From Candidatus Obscuribacteraceae bacterium (GTDB taxonomy: Bacteria; Cyanobacteriota; Vampirovibrionia; Obscuribacterales; Obscuribacteraceae), in contig JBGASG010000003.1 of assembly GCA_044229845.1 (NCBI GenBank), forward strand, positions 320,001-384,000: DNA of 64,000 nt, given 5' to 3'. The notes below the pieces were generated by a model. The model was given only the letters and a program-made list of their open reading frames with translations. It searched no databases and was not told the DNA's origin. Made by a program: the position numbers and the translations under genes. Below are positions 57,579 to 64,000 of this stretch, piece by piece (position 1 is the first letter of the stretch; each line of letters begins with the position of its first letter).

Positions 57579-58646
57579 CTAAGTCTGGGGCAACGCCTGA
57601 GAGCGCGGCGCTCCGTAAGTCACAGGTTTATGCGGGAACGTATTCTTGCCGCGCAAGGTCGCGGCAAGAATGCGAATTTCTTCGACTATCTCGCTCAACG
57701 CTTGCGGCGTGATAGCTTGCTCACGGTCGCTCATGGCTTCAGCCGGCTGGTTGTGCACTTCGATCATGACACCATCAGCACCACAGGCAATGGCAGCCAT
57801 GGACATGGGACGCACCAGCTCAGGACGCCCTGTGCCATGACTGGGATCGACGATCACCGGCAACTGGCACATTTGTTTAACGGCCGCTACACCAGCCAGA
57901 TCGAGCGTGTTTCGCGTGTGCGTTTCGAAGGTGCGAATGCCGCGCTCGCAAAGAATCACTTGCAGGTTTCCTTCCAGCATGATGTATTCCGCTGAGCTCA
58001 ACCACTCACCAAGAGTGGCTGACATCGCGCGTTTGAGCAATACAGGCTTGCTGGCTCTTCCCACTTCTCGCAGCAGGTCGTAGTTGTACATATTGCGAGC
58101 GCCAATTTGAAATACGTCGAGAAACGGCTCCGACTCTGCAACTTGATGTGGTGCCATGACTTCGCTGACCACTGGTAAGCCGGTGGCGGCTCGCGCGACA
58201 GACAGATGCTGCATGCCGGCCAGACCCAGTCCCTGGAAATCATACGGGCTGGTGCGTGGCTTGAAAGCGCCGCCGCGCAGAACCGTAGCTCCACATTCTT
58301 TGACTTGATGCGCGGCATGCACGATGTGCGCTTCGCTCTCGACCGAGCAGGGTCCCGCGATAATCACCGGTTCGGCGCCGCCGATCACAGTGCCGTTGGC
58401 GAGCGTGACGGTGGCGGCCGCTTTCTTCAAAGTCAGCGATAGCTGGCTGTCCACTCGTACCGCTTTCTCAACCCCTGGCAGCTGGGTGAAGATGTGCGAC
58501 GCCATCGTGCTCACATCATCGAGAATGACGAATTGGGTGGTTTTCTCAGTGCGCACCGATTGATGCGCCAGTCCGAGCGCATTCAATCGCTGGCTGGCTT
58601 GCTCGATGTCTTGCGCGGAAGCGCTTTGGCCGAAAACCAGAATCAC
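57579..58646 (-). CDS. aroF: DAHP synthase (type I-beta) with an N-terminal regulatory domain
   Basis: [47 protein letters not shown]. Confidence 0.94.
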   Translation of the reverse strand: MILVFGQSASAQDIEQASQRLNALGLAHQSVRTEKTTQFVILDDVSTMASHIFTQLPGVEKAVRVDSQLSLTLKKAAATVTLANGTVIGGAEPVIIAGPCSVESEAHIVHAAHQVKECGATVLRGGAFKPRTSPYDFQGLGLAGMQHLSVARAATGLPVVSEVMAPHQVAESEPFLDVFQIGARNMYNYDLLREVGRASKPVLLKRAMSATLGEWLSSAEYIMLEGNLQVILCERGIRTFETHTRNTLDLAGVAAVKQMCQLPVIVDPSHGTGRPELVRPMSMAAIACGADGVMIEVHNQPAEAMSDREQAITPQALSEIVEEIRILAATLRGKNTFPHKPVTYGAPRSQALPQT

Positions 58647-58828
58647 ATCGGATACCTGTTACTTGCTTACCAGATTCTAGTAGATAGAGCCGCCAGTAGT
58701 GCTGAATTTAGGACATCCTTCAGGATGAAACAATTTACAACCTCGCTTCCTTATGAGGTTCTTTTAACGCTACCGCTGCAATTTCCGCACTCCGTCGACA
58801 GTCCCCGGACTCAAGCTCGCCCTATTTA

Positions 58829-59755
58829 ATGAAACTCTGCACACAGATGACCAAAAAACGTGCCAATCTGGCACAAATGGAGCCAGTCAAACCGCTGTTC
58901 CCCGACAAAGACCTGGGCTTTCTCACCTCGGTCTCGTGGTGGCAGGCAGCGTTTCAGATATCTCGACGTTTTTCGCGCCTTTGCATCTTGCCGGCAGCGC
59001 TGCTCTTCGCGGGGCATTGCCTGATTCTCTCAGCCGTCATTCCGTTCCAGATGAAAATCGACGCGACCTCGGGCGAGGCGCTGCAAATGCTCTTGTTTCT
59101 GCTCATCGGAGTTCTGGTGGCCTTGCTCGTTGGACTGACGCTCAGTCTATGCGCGCTGACCATCTGGCTGTACCGCCTGACTGAATTCACCCATACGTGC
59201 CTCGCCGTTTCATCCACACCGGAGGAAGCGGCTTTCAAAGAATCGCTGGTCTGGCTGAAGGAGCGCAAGAGCTTTATAAATAAGCTCTGGGTGTACGGCT
59301 CGATGTTCATGCTGTTGCCGCTGATTCCGCCCGCACTAATCTACGCGTTAAATTACACATCGTCGTTCTACATACAAATAGGAATTCCGCTGCCCCGGGT
59401 GCCACAATGGTTGTATCTGTGCATCTCCTTCTTGGGTAGCCTGGTCGCGTTCGCATACATGTTTACGCTGCAAGTCTTTTCCGTGCATTCCGCGCTCACC
59501 CCCGGCGCCACCGCCACCCGAGCGATTTTGGAAACGATTAAAGCAGCACCACAACTGGCGGCGGTCACAGCAGTGATTATAGTGCTCAACATCCTCATCT
59601 CTGCTCCCCAGTCCCTTTTGCCGATACCAGATGCGGTATCGCATAATTTGCTGTTCGCCTACGCCTCGCAAGCCTGGCTGTCGATTACGAGCTGTATTCT
59701 CTGGCCTCTCTCCACGACGCCCTATTTGAAGTTAGCGGGGTGGTCGAACAGATGA
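58829..59755 (+). CDS. Multi-pass membrane protein; start uncertain
   Basis: About six hydrophobic helices; ATGA overlap with cobT. Confidence 0.65.
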   Translation: MKLCTQMTKKRANLAQMEPVKPLFPDKDLGFLTSVSWWQAAFQISRRFSRLCILPAALLFAGHCLILSAVIPFQMKIDATSGEALQMLLFLLIGVLVALLVGLTLSLCALTIWLYRLTEFTHTCLAVSSTPEEAAFKESLVWLKERKSFINKLWVYGSMFMLLPLIPPALIYALNYTSSFYIQIGIPLPRVPQWLYLCISFLGSLVAFAYMFTLQVFSVHSALTPGATATRAILETIKAAPQLAAVTAVIIVLNILISAPQSLLPIPDAVSHNLLFAYASQAWLSITSCILWPLSTTPYLKLAGWSNR

Positions 59756-60882
59756 GCACATCTATCTCCAGTTCCGTCCTCATTTTGCATAATCCGGAAA
59801 ACCGCACCCAGGCATTTCTCGATCGCTGGCAAGCGGCTCTGGGCAAACGCGGACTGTTCGCGCTTTGCGTCGGCTCAACCGAATGCAGCGATCTGGACGG
59901 CATCTCGGCTGCCGGCGCCGATGGTCCGGCGCGTCGCCTGACTCCAGCTGTGGATGCAGAAGCGCTCGTCAGCGGGCGCACCAGCACCGCGGCTAAGATT
60001 CCAGTTTCTCCCACCGGCATCGCATCACCAGTAGTGCTATCACGAGCGGCGCTTTCTTTGCTCGACTGCGATGTCGAAGTATTTGACTGCGGCTGTTTCG
60101 TTTCTCCCCAGGTCAATCACGTGAAAGCCGGTGGACACCCGGCGGCTCCCGTCGCCACCGGTGCCGCCTTGCCGGAGCAGACGGTGCGCCGGCTTTTCGA
60201 AGCCGGTCGTCGCCGCGGCGGCGAATTGAGCCGCGACCATGCTTTCCTCTTCATTGCCGAGTGCGTGCCGGCGGGAACGACCACCGCGCTGGCCGTTTTG
60301 AGCGCCATGGGGCATGCCTGCCACACGTTCGCCTCGTGCAGCATGCCGCACAGTATCAACGATTTCCGCTGGCAGATGGTCCAGGAAGGCCTGGCAAAAA
60401 TCCAGCACAGCGTCGAAGACCTGCTGCGCGATCCGCTTCTGGCAATTGCCGCAGTCGGCGATCCGATGCAAGCCTTTGCCGCCGGTCTGGCTTTTGGCGC
60501 CAGCGAGCATGTACCGGTGGTGCTATCGGGCGGCACCCAGATGCTGGCCGTCTGGTCGGTGCTTCGCCAGTTGCTGGCGTCTGAATCTATCGAGCGCGCA
60601 CCGGATGCAGTGGCAGTGATAACCACGCGCTGGGTCGCCTTTGACAAAAACGCCAACGTAAAAAGCATTGCCCAGCTGGTCGATGCTCCCTTTGCCGCGT
60701 CCGGCTTCGCGCTCTCGCAGTCACGTCACGGTGGACTGCGTGCGTATGAAGAAGGAAATGTTAAAGAAGGCGTGGGTGCTGGCGCTCTTCTTACAGCGGC
60801 GCTCTTAGCAGGTACGGCGGAAGACGCGCTTCTGAGCTTGATCGACGACACGTACGCCGACATGCTCGGCGTCGAAGACTAG
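59752..60882 (+). CDS. cobT: Nicotinate-mononucleotide phosphoribosyltransferase, TIGR00303/cyanobacterial-archaeal CobT type
   Basis: GISAAGA....RRLTPAVDAE, SP.VLSRA, AECVP.GTTTA, VGDPMQ, GGTQMLAV, TTRWV, YE.G.VKEGVGAG. Confidence 0.88.
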   Translation: MSTSISSSVLILHNPENRTQAFLDRWQAALGKRGLFALCVGSTECSDLDGISAAGADGPARRLTPAVDAEALVSGRTSTAAKIPVSPTGIASPVVLSRAALSLLDCDVEVFDCGCFVSPQVNHVKAGGHPAAPVATGAALPEQTVRRLFEAGRRRGGELSRDHAFLFIAECVPAGTTTALAVLSAMGHACHTFASCSMPHSINDFRWQMVQEGLAKIQHSVEDLLRDPLLAIAAVGDPMQAFAAGLAFGASEHVPVVLSGGTQMLAVWSVLRQLLASESIERAPDAVAVITTRWVAFDKNANVKSIAQLVDAPFAASGFALSQSRHGGLRAYEEGNVKEGVGAGALLTAALLAGTAEDALLSLIDDTYADMLGVED

Positions 60883-60952
60883 CATGCTATGCTGAGTGCT
60901 CAGTGCCGGTCAGTTAATTACACATAGTGCATTTACTAAGAGAGGGCTATCT

Positions 60953-61163
60953 CATGGTCTTGAGAACAGTGGAAGAACAAGAAGTCAGCATGGACGAATT
61001 GGTCCTTGAACAGCTTGTCACCTGGGTGAAGAAACTGAAAGAAGTCGGTGTCTCCCCAGACAAAGCAGTTGAAGTCGCACAGAATTTCATGCTGGCCTCG
61101 ATGGCTGTCGCCTGCGAAGAAGAAGGCGAAGACGACGACTTCGAAGACGACGACGAAAACTAA
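60953..61163 (+). CDS. Small acidic hypothetical protein
   Basis: GAGGG RBS; helical core with a poly-acidic C-terminus. Confidence 0.6.
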
Positions 61164-61183
61164 ATCAGCACTGAGTTAGCCGG

Positions 61184-62653
61184 CTAACCGGCTACGCAGT
61201 TGCGACCTTTTTCTTTTGCGCGACCGAGGGCTAACTTCGCGTCGCGCAAAACTGTTTCTGGGTTGATGTCGCGCGTTTTGTCGAACTCCGCGCACCCGAC
61301 GCTGATAGTCACTTTGTAGCCGCCGTTGACGCCGGGGACTTGCAGACTTTCCACACCGGCGCGCAGTTTCTCGCCGACCAGTTTTGCGCCTTCGAGATCA
61401 CTGTTGGGAAGCACAACGGCAAACTGATCGCCGGCATAACGCGCCACAAGGTCACTGGAACGCACTATCGTGGACAGTTTTTGCGCCACGTTTTGCAATA
61501 CCCGATCGCCGATCTCGGTGCCGAGGTTGGTGTTGAACTGCAGGAAGTTGTCCACATCGACAATGATCACGCCGACCGGCAGCCCATGTCGATTGGAGAA
61601 CAACAACTGCTGGTTGAGGAAACCCATCAAGAATTCCAGGTTGTACAAACCGGTAATCTGGTCAGTCGACGACCAGTACTGTTGCTGCTGCTGCAAAGCC
61701 TGCACTTCCTGCCGGTGCTGCAGCACTCGCATCACAGACTGCATGTGCAACTTCAATTGTCCGAGGGTTTCTTTGGAGAGATCGTCGAGGTCGCCCTGAC
61801 CGGTCGGCCAGCCAAGCAGCAATGCGCCTACGACCTGCGGTCCGCCCATGCGAATGCACAGCACCTCGGTGACTTTCACTTCGGTTCCTTTTTCTTGCAG
61901 ATCGCAACTGACGATCATGCGCTGGTTGGCACGCATCTCGACAATTTTGGCGGCGTTCAAAACATTTTCTTCGAACGAACTTCTGGCGACGGTGGGTTTG
62001 ACTTGGTACATCCCCCAGGGGGCCACGGGATCGTTGAAGATCAATCCGATCAAATCAGCCTGGAACGTCTTCTCGAGAAACGTGAAGAAGCGCCGCATAA
62101 ATTCGACGCGATCGTCCATAGATTCGATTAAGCCGCGGCAATAGGTGGCGACGGCGCGATCGACAAGCAGTCCGCTGATCAAGTTTCGTTGCGAGCGAAT
62201 CAGATCCGAACCCGAATATTCACCGGAAACAACTGCCGAATCATCGACTTTGTCGAACGGAGGCGCTTTCTTGGCGGCTTCATCCAGAAGTTTCTTCAAA
62301 GTGGTTAGCGTCTTGGCTTCGTCAAACTCGACTTCGCGATAGTCAACGACCGCGCTCGGCTGGGCGGCGCGGAACCAGAAATCTTTCTCGTCGCCCTTTT
62401 CAGCGACCAGGATAATCGGCAAGGTCTCGGTGGCGCGGCTGGAACGCAGAAGCGCCGACAACTCGCAGCCGGTCATGTCAGGCAGTTTGACTGCCGCAAT
62501 CACGCCATGCGCGCCTTCCATGTTCAATTCGTCCAGCGCATCGAAAGCGGTGGTGACAACTATGACATCGTAGCCCTGTTTCTTGAGAGCATCGCGCAGC
62601 ACCCTCATCGGTGTCTTCTGGTCTTCGACAAGCAAAATCTTTTGCTCGGGCAT
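61184..62653 (-). CDS. REC-GGDEF protein with degenerate motifs
   Basis: KILLVED receiver; TDQITGLYN, DVDNF..FN..LG...GD.VL, RSSDLVARYAGDQF, VTISVG. Confidence 0.88.
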   Translation of the reverse strand: MPEQKILLVEDQKTPMRVLRDALKKQGYDVIVVTTAFDALDELNMEGAHGVIAAVKLPDMTGCELSALLRSSRATETLPIILVAEKGDEKDFWFRAAQPSAVVDYREVEFDEAKTLTTLKKLLDEAAKKAPPFDKVDDSAVVSGEYSGSDLIRSQRNLISGLLVDRAVATYCRGLIESMDDRVEFMRRFFTFLEKTFQADLIGLIFNDPVAPWGMYQVKPTVARSSFEENVLNAAKIVEMRANQRMIVSCDLQEKGTEVKVTEVLCIRMGGPQVVGALLLGWPTGQGDLDDLSKETLGQLKLHMQSVMRVLQHRQEVQALQQQQQYWSSTDQITGLYNLEFLMGFLNQQLLFSNRHGLPVGVIIVDVDNFLQFNTNLGTEIGDRVLQNVAQKLSTIVRSSDLVARYAGDQFAVVLPNSDLEGAKLVGEKLRAGVESLQVPGVNGGYKVTISVGCAEFDKTRDINPETVLRDAKLALGRAKEKGRNCVAG

Positions 62654-62804
62654 CGGTACTCTCTTTTCTTCTACTGTCTGGCAACTGGGCGGCTTAGGCG
62701 CTGACAATTCTAGTACATCGGGCAAATCGGCGCAGGCGACAACGCTATGAGTCTCCAGCGCCTGCGGGCATAACATATGTGCCACAGTAAGGCACTCAAC
62801 AACA

Positions 62805-64000
62805 ATGCCCGATAAGAAAGCTGACGCAGTCGAATGGCTAAGCGAGGCGACTGATTCCGAAATCGCCGAAGCTGGATTTCGCCTGGCTGACATGTACTTT
62901 CAGGGGCAGGGGCGTCCGAAAAACACCGAAAAAGCTTTCGAATGGTACCTGAAGGCCGCTGAAAAGGGACATCCGGAGGCCCAGTTGCGTCTGGGCGAAA
63001 TACTTCTCAACGGCACAATCCACAAAAAGAGCTATACCGAGGCTTTCAAATGGTTCGAAAAGGCGGCTGTGAACGGCATGGCTCGCGCTCAGTACCGCCT
63101 GGCCCAGATGTATCTGCAAGGCATTGGCGTGCCCCAGAGTTATGAGAAGGCCGCCGCGTATTACGAACAAGCCTGCGCCCTGGGCATTGCCGACGCGATG
63201 TCTGAGTTGTCGCAGATGTACTTTGACGGCACGGGGGTGCGGCGGGACATTCCAAAGGGTTTGGAGCTGTGCGAGCAAGCCGCGGAGTTGGGTGTGGCCG
63301 ATGCACAACGTCTTTTAGCGGAGCTCTACTTCGAGGGGACGGTGGTCGAGCAAAACTACAACACTGCCCACAAGTGGTTCGGCGAAGCCGCCGTTCAGGG
63401 GGATGTGCGCGCCCAGATTCGCCTGGCTGAAATGCACTATGCCGGGGTTGGCGTACAGCGAGACCTGCGCCAGGCGTCCGAGTGGTACAAGAAAGCCGTA
63501 GACAAAGAATCTCCCGAGGCGATGTTCGAGCTGGCGGTTATGTATCTCCACGGGGAGGGCGTCTCCCAGGACGTGCCGCGAGCCGTACAACTGCTCACGG
63601 AAGCAGCCAAACAGAACGTACCGGGAGCGCAAGCGCGGCTGGGACTTCTCTACCTGTCCGGCGAGGGAGTGACCGAGAACCTGAAAAAAGCGTTCAACTA
63701 CTTGAGACAAGCCGCCGAACAAGGCGTGCCCGAGGCGCAGCAGGAATTAGCCAATCTTTACCAGACCGGGCGCGCCGTTCCAAAGAACTCCAAGTTAGCC
63801 TTCCACTGGTACCACAAAGCCGCAGACAACGGCATCGCCGAAGCCCAGGAACGCATCGCCTATTACTATCTTTCCGGACGATCCGGTCCGCGCTCCATCG
63901 AACAGGCGCTCAAATACTACACTCTGGCAGCCGAGCAAGGCCGGCGCGAATCGCAGGAGAAGCTGGGCGCGATATATGCAGAAGGTATAGGAACCGCTTG
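62805..64000 (+). CDS. Sel1-like repeat protein, truncated by the window end
   Basis: Manual translation from ATG 62805: LADMYFQGQGRPKNTEKAFEWYLKAAEKGHPEAQLRLG, AQYRLAQMYLQGIGVPQSYEKA; absent from the ORF track because no stop falls in the window. Confidence 0.9.
   Translation, partial: MPDKKADAVEWLSEATDSEIAEAGFRLADMYFQGQGRPKNTEKAFEWYLKAAEKGHPEAQLRLGEILLNGTIHKKSYTEAFKWFEKAAVNGMARAQYRLAQMYLQGIGVPQSYEKAAAYYEQACALGIADAMSELSQMYFDGTGVRRDIPKGLELCEQAAELGVADAQRLLAELYFEGTVVEQNYNTAHKWFGEAAVQGDVRAQIRLAEMHYAGVGVQRDLRQASEWYKKAVDKESPEAMFELAVMYLHGEGVSQDVPRAVQLLTEAAKQNVPGAQARLGLLYLSGEGVTENLKKAFNYLRQAAEQGVPEAQQELANLYQTGRAVPKNSKLAFHWYHKAADNGIAEAQERIAYYYLSGRSGPRSIEQALKYYTLAAEQGRRESQEKLGAIYAEGIGTA

Noticed and set aside
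62654..62893. N-terminal extension of the GGDEF ORF to 62893
   Set aside because: It overlaps the divergent Sel1 gene start; the receiver domain begins at MPEQKILLVED (62653).

Overview
Bacterial chromosomal window of roughly 55% GC. Cyanobacteria-type markers (lysA-cdaA linkage, TIGR00303-type CobT, LmeA/DUF2993 and GerMN genes, cyanobacteria-like RpoB) with no photosynthesis genes suggest Vampirovibrionia/Melainabacteria; this is inference. Three zones. (1) 3.2-18.8 kb is a polymorphic toxin island: a C39-peptidase-RHS giant with inserted phage-sheath-like repeats, a silent orphan RHS cassette sharing about 1.9 kb with it, two toxin tips with candidate immunity genes, an IS110 remnant, a frameshifted IS66 between 91-101 bp inverted repeats, and a broken ICMT gene. 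(2) 21.5-32.7 kb on the minus strand is the strongest candidate for an undescribed system. An intact but strongly diverged RNA polymerase beta-subunit gene (no rpoC nearby, rewritten rifampicin pocket and fork loop 2, about 250-aa acidic tail) is translationally coupled inside an envelope-type gene run: beta-barrel, secreted TPR protein, Gly-rich repeat protein with a VirB2-like pilin end, secreted protein, degenerate Replic_Relax-like protein. (3) 33-64 kb is mostly housekeeping: rpmE, pyrF, cdaA, lysA, serS, kdd, pdxR-pdxST-ALDH, rlpA, a candidate 6S RNA, an ECF sigma, aroF, cobT, a degenerate REC-GGDEF and a Sel1 protein. All family calls come from motif recognition by eye; no database search was run.
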